Shown here piece by piece: positions 41,101 through 50,300 of a stretch of DNA of 64,000 bases. A model generated the notes under the pieces. The model was not told the DNA's origin, made no database searches, and saw nothing but the letters and a program-made list of their open reading frames with translations. Made by a program: the position numbers and the translations under genes. The DNA comes from an uncultured virus (IMG/VR IMGVR_UViG_3300031823_000005). Taxonomy: Duplodnaviria; Heunggongvirae; Uroviricota; Caudoviricetes. Positions within the stretch are counted from its first letter, which is position 1, and each line of letters begins with the position of its first letter. The stretch is from the IMG/VR virus record IMGVR_UViG_3300031823_000005. The stretch is one strand, 5' to 3'.

Positions 41101-44100
41101 ATTTCCTTCAAAGCTTTCCCATGGCTTCGGAGGTGCGTAAAAAGACATGGTGCCTTGACCTTTAACATCAGCCTCAGCATCTTGCGCGTACCCTTCAAAC
41201 GCTTTCTTTACGGCCGCGCTGTCCTCATCAAGTTTGGTTGCGATTCCCTCTACGATCGGATGAATCGGCTCGCGCGGGAACATAAACGCTGTTGGCGGAT
41301 CAATATGATCAGCGATCGACACCCCGGCTGAAGTTGCTGCAATATGCTCGCGTAAAGCTTCTTTCACATAATCTGTGATGTCCCAAGCGCCACCACGAGC
41401 TTTGATTCTGGCAATCGAAGACAGCGATCGTTCAATCTTACGAAGGATACCTTTCGGCGCATTCGCCAAAACCAACGGATCATCCACCACAGAACCAAGA
41501 ATTGCGTTCTCAACAAAATCTTTGCCGGCGTCGTTCAACCCCTGTGTTTTTTCATCAATGAACTGACGACGTTCCGTCGACGCAATCACACCATCTGCCT
41601 CGAGCTTTTCGAGGATCCCGCGCGGCCGCTCACGAAGAAGATCTCGTAACGTGGCACCATCGCCTAATTCCTGCAATTGGTTAAGAATGTAGTCGAGGGT
41701 CTCCGGACTCAACCGCTTGCCGGCAGAAACCGCCTGTTCAAACTCACTAAGCTTCCGGGTAAAAACCTTGTTCAGGTCCGAACCAAGCGCACGAAGCCCT
41801 TGGATATCAGTCGGCGGCGCCAAAAATTCACGCACCAAAACCGGCTCTTTCATTCCCTCAATTTTGGCCGGATCTAAACCGAATCGGGATGCACGTTCAA
41901 GGAGCGATTTTCGATAATCATCACCGCCTCCCTCACGGTAAAGCCGTACTGTAGACATCGCACGGCTATTCCCACCCAACACAATTCCGTCAGGCGTGAC
42001 CATAGGAGGACCGTGCTCTGGGCCAGGGGCGTCGGAAAGGGTGAATTCCGGGTCATATCGTTGGGTGTGCTGGATAACGGCAACCTGGGCGTCTTTGTCA
42101 TTTTTATAGTCGCGCTCCTGTACGCCGGAAGGATACCCCTCAACCGGCTCAAAATTCACAGGATCATGCGACGGAATGAGCCCCGCACCCTCCACAACCC
42201 TATACCTGATAGGGTAGTTCCTCGCTACTGTCTTCAATTCACTAGACTTACCTGTGGGCCCCTCGACTTTAACACCGGCCTTAACCGTGGCCGGCTTCCG
42301 CCTGTTTTCCATCGCCTCCGCGATACGGTCCAACGCCAAATCGCCGGCAAGCTGCCGATTCGCTTCCTGTTGCTGCTCGATCAGGGCAATCTCATCAGGA
42401 CGCGCATGGGCCTTCCGAAGCTCCAACTCCTGATTAATCCACGCCGCGGCCGTAACCTTGGTTTGGATCTCCTCGCGGGTCTGTGGAGGGGGTGCCAGTG
42501 GCGCAGGCGCGGCTGGCGGTGGGGCTTCAGTACCCGGGGTGGGTGAAAGTGCCTGTGGCTCTACAGGAATGCCTGTACGAGGCTCCGGAAGCGGTTCCAT
42601 GGCAAACCGGCGCTTATCCTCAACCTTTAAATCCTCCCCGGTTCGAAGCCTTTCCTCACGTTCCGCAGCGAGCTCGTCCGTATACCTTTTCCGACGCTCC
42701 TCGAGCCATTCCGCCTCCCGGTCCTCGCGCGTCATCGGCCCCCGGCCGGGAAGGACTTCCAAAGGATCCATGGCGCCAAACGGCCGTTTTTCCGGGATCG
42801 GCATCTCTATTGCTGAAGGTCCCTGCATCGGCCGCTGAAGCCCGGTAGTTGATGTCTTGAACCGTTCCTTCTCTGCCGTAATGTCTTTCTCTAACTGCTT
42901 TTCACGCTCATCCAACTCCGCTAGCAGTTGACGCTTTTCCGCTTCGGTCTTCGCCTGCTCAGTCGCCAACCGGCGCTTGTGCGCCAATTCGCGCTGTTCC
43001 TGTTCGATCTTGCCAATCTTTCTCTGTGCCTCTGTCTTCAGGTTCTCCCGTTCCAACCTGTTTTGCAGGTTACGATCGCCAACTCGAAGCGCATCCACAT
43101 CCGGCATCGGAATATCCATTGGAACCGGTCGGCCAATCCCAAACATCGGCAACCCATTGGCTATCCGATACTGCATATCCTCGATCCCTTTTGCAGTGAT
43201 CGGCAGAACAGAATCCGGCTTCGTAGCCTGAGCCGCTTGCAGTTCTTTTTTCTTTTGCTCAAGCTCGTCATACGCCTTCTTACGAATCTGTTCCTGAGTA
43301 ATTCCTTTCTCGTTTGTGACGTGATGAATTACCGGCATCAAAAGCATTGCTGCCGAACCACCATAGGCCGACATCGCCTCAAAATAACGCCCCTCTTTCC
43401 AAAGTTTGTTACCTTCCTGAAGAGAGTCGTAAGAAAACTTCGCGCCGATAGCTTGATTCACCGCATACAAAGCCGTACGTGCAGCTTTCTGAGCTTTAGA
43501 AAGCTCACCAAGCATTTCCAAGGGCTTGAAAATTGCCCCCATAGACTCCCAATCAAACGCTGTCGTTCCAATAGTCCGCGCGACAACGCCGGGATCTGTC
43601 AGGCTCACACCTTCCTGTGCTTCCTTTTTTGAAAGATCGAGCAGTTTGTCCTGCCCCATCCGAAGCATACTTTCGATGGTCTTTTTCTTTTCAGGATCAC
43701 TCTTAACGCTAGGCTCATTTAGAGCCCCTTGCAGAAGCTTTACCGTGCTCTGCAAATCCTCAGATTCAGTTGGGAAAACTTTCTCTGAAACCCACTCCGC
43801 ACCTTTATGTCCACGGCTAAGAACATGCTCGATAAAATTGAATGGATGATGCGCCGGATCAATCCCTTGGAGTGTGCTCTTCCAAACATCATGGATCCGA
43901 GGATCATCGGGCTTAACTGAAATCCCAAAACGATCGTACAGATCACGAGACATATCCTCGTTGGACACGGCGCCGCGTTCGCCCCACTTTCCAAGTGGAC
44001 GAGTGTAAAAAGGAACTTCCTTGTACTCCGCTGGCTTTTGTGGATTTTTCTTCGCAGTCAGAAAATGATCAAACGAAGCAAAGTCAGTGAATCCGCCACC

Positions 44101-44220
44101 ACCCTGCTTCTTTTGTTCTGGCTGCGCTTGTTGCTTGTCAGGAGAAACCGCTGGCTTCTGCTTTAAAAACTTGTCAAGGTCATCGAATGACCCAAATCCC
44201 GGCTGCTGTCCGTCTGCCAT
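35104..44220 (-). CDS. giant polyvalent (DarB-like) virion/ejection protein: DdrB-like ParB, zincin-like and strawberry-notch SF2 helicase domains
   Basis: LIPSHDP...QERDY...GNSR; HELAH and EEKFARGFERYL; TGTGKT, DESH, SAT, GGVGVSLHD, QAIGRPWR. Confidence 0.8.
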   Translation of the reverse strand: MADGQQPGFGSFDDLDKFLKQKPAVSPDKQQAQPEQKKQGGGGFTDFASFDHFLTAKKNPQKPAEYKEVPFYTRPLGKWGERGAVSNEDMSRDLYDRFGISVKPDDPRIHDVWKSTLQGIDPAHHPFNFIEHVLSRGHKGAEWVSEKVFPTESEDLQSTVKLLQGALNEPSVKSDPEKKKTIESMLRMGQDKLLDLSKKEAQEGVSLTDPGVVARTIGTTAFDWESMGAIFKPLEMLGELSKAQKAARTALYAVNQAIGAKFSYDSLQEGNKLWKEGRYFEAMSAYGGSAAMLLMPVIHHVTNEKGITQEQIRKKAYDELEQKKKELQAAQATKPDSVLPITAKGIEDMQYRIANGLPMFGIGRPVPMDIPMPDVDALRVGDRNLQNRLERENLKTEAQRKIGKIEQEQRELAHKRRLATEQAKTEAEKRQLLAELDEREKQLEKDITAEKERFKTSTTGLQRPMQGPSAIEMPIPEKRPFGAMDPLEVLPGRGPMTREDREAEWLEERRKRYTDELAAEREERLRTGEDLKVEDKRRFAMEPLPEPRTGIPVEPQALSPTPGTEAPPPAAPAPLAPPPQTREEIQTKVTAAAWINQELELRKAHARPDEIALIEQQQEANRQLAGDLALDRIAEAMENRRKPATVKAGVKVEGPTGKSSELKTVARNYPIRYRVVEGAGLIPSHDPVNFEPVEGYPSGVQERDYKNDKDAQVAVIQHTQRYDPEFTLSDAPGPEHGPPMVTPDGIVLGGNSRAMSTVRLYREGGGDDYRKSLLERASRFGLDPAKIEGMKEPVLVREFLAPPTDIQGLRALGSDLNKVFTRKLSEFEQAVSAGKRLSPETLDYILNQLQELGDGATLRDLLRERPRGILEKLEADGVIASTERRQFIDEKTQGLNDAGKDFVENAILGSVVDDPLVLANAPKGILRKIERSLSSIARIKARGGAWDITDYVKEALREHIAATSAGVSIADHIDPPTAFMFPREPIHPIVEGIATKLDEDSAAVKKAFEGYAQDAEADVKGQGTMSFYAPPKPWESFEGNFGVDVKPQDWGTLRPISSTAKGSTPQDAGAASEREDEVLAPAPIEPPPSIGEIFDEEVARRKTEEPEERIDLGEIGTPPELAGSPSAVFRMQAEAAFPDISSEQMDAVMGIMEARARTVGKPLDKWIEEKKLSVEGHQASGEDQDLVRVGEQKLSIRKTRVKAHVEFMDDGRTIIRAFQKNNPSVAALVHELAHIFRRDLGKELSNKEWMALHDWAGVKYDPEYGAVWPVKAEEKFARGFERYLRDGETPHEGLRGIFDKFKEWMSGIYRVLKDSPLSMKFSPEIKKVFDRILTPPPDLSSKVKPRPLDLPPDVKAADRPKLEVGKKRLEGELEAYEDALRVVNEKGLEGVQEVYAGTDDLEVLKEENPEADPVVVAKERIAEEIESTKKNIDAVSKLLGEPKVEQKKREIEIPEPGPKKRYEPIDKPPRKSLGESLRGMTDDDVRTAAKSIESQMRRSGITPPAREQLEAQYKPFRDEMERRKILDRPEKGFGDNNAIFTKARAESARERLRKRLGTTLHSGVDPELVRDVSEIMGYYFEGGMREFASLSRKLVSEFGETVRPILQHAYDHMLNRGKIEAKTPDQRNLFEPVRQIVLPPGVEEVRRGPSQAREERPPSVPPREKVDVSTRPERREAVRQDPREATGSERGIGKPASGRAVRPTGEGVGGSGVVERFEQPLRAVQTPKLDVDHITDIPYTVEPTEWKGRLKDAKLPENLPPPTETLSPQVEAKLAFKGQPEIVQTVLTSLRKYHGAVLATSTGTGKTYMGSAILAEKRPRMALIVAPSQNIAKQWADTAQLFSVEVKPLEKTLPTEPGIYTVTYSTASNREGLDKINWDMLIADESHYARRWHDPSNQRGKFLIEAANHSTDVVYASATAFHTPLEVGYLGKLGLWKKTGLEPWLAKEFGVRQGEGGKWVVPMNYRKLAALRDELINRGMFVNLDRNMEGYTANFSVVPMTQQTMEGVRNATQAFRLAEEYFRQKGLQKMIMAVRGNAATFMKSFLERQRLPEAIELGKKLDREGWKVIYFTESKKEVNEIYDFLKPADEAFDGAISEKLPKLPSVVDTLKEAFGEDLADFTGAHSARRQSDLDEFNRGGKKHLIATYGAGGVGVSLHDLSGEAPRAVIYLGPPWSGVMFDQAIGRPWRFGTKSNVNAYFLTSNAQPEMKLIFQKVLPRFESLKASVSGIKKSDPIVGAMKDLDAYLAYEFGNDTTIGFDQFMNTLQTSAVSSYKEAPVSSAETAKNKGMQVERRRPLDEPPSMGPVKLHQEEDIPSLPPDLPSPDEAFVENDEKSASVLRRPFVPEQTEREISDPRLLDQVNDENMATMGLEGGGERPPVPPGEVYGTQQVQRPGDSEVRRDDLAAPKVMQRVYEFAEKHFGEWGVPIGMIDRLAKAEVGVRSWLAQMHTAPYVLRQFPETKKMVDSITHAEQVYKRDLGNMQYEKTKILQEYDLINDPIGRRKVDQALRMTDQGTSMMSLLGQPSKWLDGSLFKENELAAAQKLRDMIYEPVIEAVRNVRPEVGYRRKYSAVIKTMEDMVSSLYPELNGKVPADLISQFSLDVRRSMTRDPFSPHTLRRRGEPPKTWDIDDVLEAYLPSMLRVKHYTKLSRQVARNLAEIPDSMLKEYSTKYARIFFGVPSEYKRMDRARFNIARTITNLTYASALELNPLWYTMHLTKVPINTLPELGKNGGEYLRKGYSRMMTDEGRELVARSGLLMDRLWAFPETFYELKKRPQGWLRLTTSMSDFIDRSVSYLAALEKAKDMGFLGPKEAVGEITWKRLNELAANGVDTEKAFDYASSVMARSEFLYTPGHVQMWQREHPVLGMFKHFLFREAEFVSTIRKVAKEVKDHPDPEAYIQEQVSKGNYEYIDAVAKYRRILVSLAGAAAVAAGIGGPLFSRFWPFHMGRLLSPPIMFAADTIDLIRKTLNGTAKEDEWKSWAFDFFGSFTPGAGFAARQVDPYQKVTITKPRKHHRDVDFETPPAEKFQFEPLPQ

Positions 44221-44227
44221 TGATCGC

Positions 44228-45817
44228 TCATTGTCCTGGAGGCGGCGTCATTTCCATCGATACCGGATCGTTCATCGGCAAAACTTTCGGGATCATGTCA
44301 CCATAGCCACGACGAATCATCTCGTTCTGTACAGCTTTCAAAAAGTCTTCGTAATTCTTTTTCTGCGTCGACGTCAACTCATACCACTTCACATCCGATT
44401 CCTTGAACGGATTGAGCGCCATCGTGATACCGCCACCTGGACCCGGCCTCTTAGCAACGAACCTGTCCCAATCAGGATTGTCTTGAAGAACGGTCGCAAA
44501 GACCGGGGACATTGCCTGAGCCATCTGAGCGGGATTTTGTGGCTTGGGATATTTGTTTTTAGCATCGGCTTGTTCTTCCGGTGAAGGTTTCATTCTTTCC
44601 GCAACCCATCCAAAAACATCTCCCTTCGTCGGAACCCGCGGAACCTTCGTTGCCTTCAAATTCTTGTCCTGAGCCTGAGCCGCTTTCACTTGCTCATCTG
44701 TTAGTTGACGCTCTTCCGTCTTACCACCAATCGTGATTCGATACGTGTGTGGCTTATTTGGATCTGCATCATCTTTTGCGTACTGCTCTTTCAAAACATC
44801 ACGGCCTGCTTGTGTCATCTCCTCCCACATCGAAGGATTACGAGCCGCTTTCTGAACCTGAACCTCTTTAGCGTAATACGCATCAGCCGCTTCCGCGTAC
44901 GTCTTGAATTTCTTATCAGGTCCAACTTCCTTGGCATACGCCTCAAACGGAGTCTTGACGTCGACGGCCGGCAACTCACCAGCCCGCTCCAAAAGCGTTC
45001 TCTCGCGTTCGTTTAATTGCTGGCCGGCTTTGTATTTCGCCCTGGCTGCATCCGTATCCTTCTGGTTTTGCTCCATCTCTTGTCTTTGAATAGTCGCAAC
45101 TTTACCCTTGTCGGCGGCTCCTGGGCCAAACATCTCATCCTCGAGCCCTTCAAGTTTTTTCTGCTCATCAGGAGTACGATCGACCTTTTTCAAAAGACTG
45201 GAATATTCATCCTTTTTTGCAGCTTCTTTCTTTTCTTCCGCGAATCTAAATTGCGCCTCTTGATCCTTTGGATCCGGACGAAGACCTTGTGTTGGATCCA
45301 TCTTATCGGCCATATCAATCGCGCCGGCCGCAAACAAATGAGGCTCCTGAGCAGAGAAAGCGTTTTTTACATTCGATTTCAACTTACTTGCTACGCTCTT
45401 TTTCTTTCCTTTTTGATCCTTTTCATCTGGCATCAAATACTGTTTCTGAACTTGGTGAAGCTCATGCCAATTCGTTAAAACATCCTGCCGCGCTTTTTCC
45501 TTTTGGTCCGGAGTCGAATCCGGATTGTTTAAAACGTTCTGGTAAATCGTCATCGAATTCTTGTAATCAGTTTCGTAATTCCCAACATTCTTCAGAGCAG
45601 TATCCAACTTCTTCTGCTCCTGCATGTGCTTTCCGGCCATCCAACCAGACAAAAAGTTAGAGACCACATTCAATGACTGTCCACCTTTTCCAGTCCACCC
45701 GGCCTCTGGCGGATAACCTTTGAACCCACCCGGATCCGCCTGGGCAGGCTTCGCTTCAACCGGTTGCGCCTGTGGCGTCGGTAGAGGATCGATCGGTACT
45801 GGAGTAAATCCACCCAT
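44228..45817 (-). CDS. putative internal virion (ejection) protein
   Basis: helical Q/K/E-rich ORF between the pilot-like gene and the giant gene. Confidence 0.55.
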   Translation of the reverse strand: MGGFTPVPIDPLPTPQAQPVEAKPAQADPGGFKGYPPEAGWTGKGGQSLNVVSNFLSGWMAGKHMQEQKKLDTALKNVGNYETDYKNSMTIYQNVLNNPDSTPDQKEKARQDVLTNWHELHQVQKQYLMPDEKDQKGKKKSVASKLKSNVKNAFSAQEPHLFAAGAIDMADKMDPTQGLRPDPKDQEAQFRFAEEKKEAAKKDEYSSLLKKVDRTPDEQKKLEGLEDEMFGPGAADKGKVATIQRQEMEQNQKDTDAARAKYKAGQQLNERERTLLERAGELPAVDVKTPFEAYAKEVGPDKKFKTYAEAADAYYAKEVQVQKAARNPSMWEEMTQAGRDVLKEQYAKDDADPNKPHTYRITIGGKTEERQLTDEQVKAAQAQDKNLKATKVPRVPTKGDVFGWVAERMKPSPEEQADAKNKYPKPQNPAQMAQAMSPVFATVLQDNPDWDRFVAKRPGPGGGITMALNPFKESDVKWYELTSTQKKNYEDFLKAVQNEMIRRGYGDMIPKVLPMNDPVSMEMTPPPGQ

Positions 45818-45820
45818 GTT

Positions 45821-46375
45821 CTAACTCATTGCTCCACCACTTGCGGCTAGGCCGGCTGCTCCACCAAGACTTCCAAGGAATCCCATTGTGGTTGCCTTAC
45901 CTTGCGCCTGTTCCTGCCCAACAGCAGCTTCAGTCTGACTTGCTCCCTGAGCACTAGCAACTGCGTTCGCAATTTGATTAACAGAAATCCCAGCGCCGCC
46001 CTGAAACAATGATGCCAAAGCAGGGAACGAAGATGTGTATGCTTGAAGCTGTGCGTTACCAACTTGACCAGCTTTGGAAATATCTGCTTCCTGAAGAGCT
46101 AACTCCTGAGCCCCACCACGCGGCGTAGAAGACAAAATCGATTGTTTTGCTTGTTCCGTTTGAGATTGGATCCCACTAACACCCGGCCCGATTGCTGCCT
46201 GAATTTTATTTGGATCACCACTGGCTAGAGCAGCGTAGTACGCCTCAGCAGTACTTAACCCCGGCTCAACGATCCCAAGAGTCTTTTCAGACTGTTGTTG
46301 TTGCTCATTAGCAAGAGCAAGCTGTCCCTGAGCGATAGAATTCTGAGTGTTTTGTGTGTTACCAGTTCCGCCCAT
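45821..46375 (-). CDS. putative DNA pilot/ejection protein
   Basis: A/Q/G-rich with MGG start and C-terminal GxxG hydrophobic tail. Confidence 0.55.
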   Translation of the reverse strand: MGGTGNTQNTQNSIAQGQLALANEQQQQSEKTLGIVEPGLSTAEAYYAALASGDPNKIQAAIGPGVSGIQSQTEQAKQSILSSTPRGGAQELALQEADISKAGQVGNAQLQAYTSSFPALASLFQGGAGISVNQIANAVASAQGASQTEAAVGQEQAQGKATTMGFLGSLGGAAGLAASGGAMS

Positions 46376-46965
46376 TACACCGCTCCGAAAAAATTCTCGG
46401 GCGTCAGGTACAGCAGGTGCATATCTTCAAGTTTTCCATCCTTCGAGAAAAATCTAGGAACCTTCCCAATTGAGACGAACCCAAGATTCCTAGCAAAGCG
46501 CCATGCCAACCTATTCCGCCAAAGCGTCGTACCAAAAACCACTTTCAACTTCACTTCGTTAAACCAATACCTCAAACACAGCTTCGATAAATCAACGATC
46601 TCTTTGCTTCCCCACCACTCCTTAAAAAAACAAAACCCAACGGTGGCTTTCCGCGCTACTTCCTCACCCTCGACCTCGTAAAGAAAACCAAACCCCGCTA
46701 CTTTCAATGGAGCGATATCGCTCTTTACAAAGCCAACCAGGACCGGCCGATCTTTAAGATAAGCAACGAACCTTGCAGCAGTAACCAGCGGCATCCCTGG
46801 AAAGAGAACATCTAACAAGTGCTCCTTTTTGCATTGAGCGTACAACGAAAAAAGAAACTCTTCCGGGAAAAGACTTGACTTGTTTCCTTCAACATACGGG
46901 GTTAAATGCACACGTTCAGTGCAGTAAGGCCATACGTCGACGTTCGGTTTTACTGATGTCGCCAT
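46375..46965 (-). CDS. GNAT-family acetyltransferase (tail-associated)
   Basis: FFKEWWG...NRLAWRFARNLGF..IG. Confidence 0.75.
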   Translation of the reverse strand: MATSVKPNVDVWPYCTERVHLTPYVEGNKSSLFPEEFLFSLYAQCKKEHLLDVLFPGMPLVTAARFVAYLKDRPVLVGFVKSDIAPLKVAGFGFLYEVEGEEVARKATVGFCFFKEWWGSKEIVDLSKLCLRYWFNEVKLKVVFGTTLWRNRLAWRFARNLGFVSIGKVPRFFSKDGKLEDMHLLYLTPENFFGAV

Positions 46966-46997
46966 GCTCTTGTACTACTCCTCCAGAACACATTCTT

Positions 46998-47378
46998 TCA
47001 AGGATTGTAATAAGGAAGCTTAATTTGCTTCCCCCCAAGATTGAAAATCAGAAACCCTACCGGATTTGCCGGCAACGCCGCGGCGCCGGCCGTGGCTGCC
47101 GCAGCCGTCCCAGATCCCAACCCAAGAGAGTCCGATGGGACAGTAGGAGCCTCATCACTAACTGTCAATTTTGCTACTGTGGCCGCGCTGACGTTTTTTA
47201 GATCGTTGCCTTGCATGTCCATAGGAACACTGATCGGAATAGGGCCGTGAGCCCCGGCAAGGATATTTGCCATCGTCGCTGATTCACGAAGGTACTCGTT
47301 AAGCCGCTGAAGATCCGGATCATCCAAATCTTCCTTCGTAATATTCCTCGGAACAACTCCAGGCATCTGAGCCATCAA
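46998..47378 (-). CDS. small tail protein
   Basis: LPANPVGFL..KLPYY end; located in the tail module. Confidence 0.55.
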   Translation of the reverse strand: MMAQMPGVVPRNITKEDLDDPDLQRLNEYLRESATMANILAGAHGPIPISVPMDMQGNDLKNVSAATVAKLTVSDEAPTVPSDSLGLGSGTAAAATAGAAALPANPVGFLIFNLGGKQIKLPYYNP

Positions 47379-50300
47379 ACACTCCCCTGTGCAGTGATCA
47401 TTGCCCCTAGATTTTCTTTCGCATACCCCTTGTTCAAAGTGATCGGTTTGAACTCAACAAAAGATTCTCCATACAACTGGAAAGGGGTTGCACTTGTTGC
47501 AATAAACCTCCATATTTTTGCCTTCAATGCTGGAAAACGAATCCTTACAGCCGTTCTAACACTCGCTTGTGGCAAGTTAAACGTGTAAGCCGGCGTCAAC
47601 AAATTCCCCTCGACATAGACTGAAAAATTGATTCCCCCAGGATCCGCCGCGACGTACTCAAACTGTCCTTGTTTGATAATTTTGTATTCGTCGGTTCCAA
47701 GCTTTGCCCAATAAGTATCGAAACTTTCACGAATCTCAGCTTCCACGGCCGCTTTAATGTACCAATTGTAGAAATGCCCCGGCCCCTCGAGCCCCATCGA
47801 ACCGGTAATTTGAAGAACTACGTTCTGTGAAACCCTTCCAACTCCTGCATTGATCGGAATCGCAAGTCTTTGACGCCCGGTAGTTTGAAAACTTCCCAAT
47901 GGCAATGGTGAAGTACCGTTATCGAAAAGAAGTGTAACTTCCAAAGGTGAAGGCCAATCAACATCCAAAGCCAATTCGTTGTATGACTTGCTGTTCAAAG
48001 ACAGACCTTGATCTTGGCAAGCAGTCTGTAAATTGATATTCACAGGAATTGGACCGACCGTGCCTGGAGAAACAATATCAATATCGACGTCACCACGACG
48101 ATCCCGATAAATCATCCCATCATCGTTTTCTGCGATAACCAATTCCTCGGTGTCTTCCTCGAAGAACATCGCAGTTGCACCTACGTCATCGTTTCTCCAT
48201 GTCCCGTTCTTAAAATCGTAAGACACACGCCTCTGAGTCCCTGTTTTATCGGTGTACGCAACGTAGAACTCATTCTTCGTAAAAGCCATAACCGTATTTG
48301 CAGCTTGTGTTGGATCCTGTTCAGGAACAGGTCCAAGATTCGGCTCTTTGTCGGCAAACAACCATTCGATCACCTGGGTTGCGTACTGAGAAGAATCACC
48401 AGTGAAAATATAAATTCCATCCTGCGACAAATAAGGAATCAACCCTTCAGAAATACAGAAAGCAAAAAGAGCGTATAGGCCGTGCCGAGACGAGGTGGGG
48501 TACGGCGCCGGAACCGCTCCTGGGTAAGGAATGATCACCCGGTAGATGCGTGCCTCTGTGAAAACAAATATCTGACCGCGAAAAAACACAATAGACGTGA
48601 TCGGATCTGCCGGCGTCCCAATCTCAATCCAGTTCTCAGGAGGAAATGCTTCAGGGTTTGTCACCTTTGAGTAATACAACCGATTCGGATTGTTTGGATC
48701 ACCAGCAAGCCACGCTTGATCAAAAGCAATCGTCGCCAAATTAACAGGTTGCCCTTGTCGCGAATCAGCCGAAACCGAAGACCCATTCGAATGGGTTGTC
48801 TGAAAATAAGCCGTAAACGTGGAAGCTGTCGTTGAAATTACAGTGACGTTCTCTTCCTGTGGAAGCCCTTGGTCTATGGTCAAAATCTGGTTCTGATAAA
48901 TATTCGCCATGCTTCCAGGCATGACCGTTTGAATGGATCCAGCGGTAACTGCCGTCCCTAAATTAGTAGCCACCGGAACCGGTAAATCTACCGTCAATGG
49001 AGGATCGTTGTCGATCTCAAGAACGTTATTTGAATCAATCTGAGCATCAGAAAAAGAATCTGTGTAAGAAGTTGTGTTCGCAGGAACTTGAGCAACCTGT
49101 GTCCAACCAGTGTTAAGCGTTCCACCTCGACGGTAGATATTGATATTTGTAACTTGAGGATCAAGAGAAGGAGTCAGGGAAATAATGATCGGCTGATTGT
49201 TCGGGCTCAAGAAAGCAGACTGCACTTGGATAACAGAAGGATTGCTCTCTGTTCCAGTGTTGCTATCAAAATAGGTGTACCGATAATCGTAAGGAGATCC
49301 CGGCCCGACAAACGGTCCTCCAGCAGCATTCAGATTGATTCCAGCAACCTGTAGGACAACCGTCCCTCCAGAATTGGTAACTAGCGTCAATTTATATCCA
49401 TTAACGTTTGCCCAGGTCATCCCGGCTGTTCCAGCGCCACCACTCTTACTAAACTGTCCTCTTTGTAGAGAAAACTGAGTCCAGGTGTTATTGGAAACTC
49501 CAACTAGATCAACCGTTGCAGAATACGTGTCTGTGAAGTTTCCGTTGCTCACGTTGAACGCGATTGAAAGACTGGTCACATTCGCTACTACAGAAAGATT
49601 GTAAAAAAACGAAATCAGATCACTATCTGAGGTTTCCGGAGGAGCAGGAGAATTGAAAGGGAATTCATTGAAAACACTCAAATCAAGATTCAAACCTTGA
49701 CCAACGATAGAGGCAGTACTGTTTGCAGCGGCCGTCCCACTGAACGGCACATCAATGATCGTGAAAGCTCCAGTCACCGCAGTATTGAAATAGGCTGTGA
49801 ACGTACTTCCTGTTGTCGATAAAACTAGAACAAAATTAAACTGAGATCCAATATTTTGATTGATGATCAAAATCATCCCAGGAACAATGTTCGCCATCGA
49901 AGCAGGAGTGACAGTATTCAACTGACCAGCAGTGATCGGACTGATAGATGTTGTGTTTACCCGATAAAATCCTTGATAACAAGAGAACGTTCCACCGGTA
50001 CTCGAAGCATTTGGTAACGACGAAATCAATCCCGTATAACAGGTAAAAACAGTTGGAGATGACACAGAAACCAAAGGAAAAGTTCCATCAAAACTAGGAT
50101 CAACCACACCGGCAAAAGCAATGTCCCCTTTTGCTGTCAACGGAATACCGTGTGGGACCGCTGTGGTCACAACTACGAAATTTGAAGCTCTAACAAGAGA
50201 GGTTATTGCCCCTGTAAGTGGAGGAGTAAAGTTTGTGTAAGTCTTTGGGAAATCAATCGGTAGAATTTGCTCTCCCAAAAGACCGACACGAGAAGCACTA

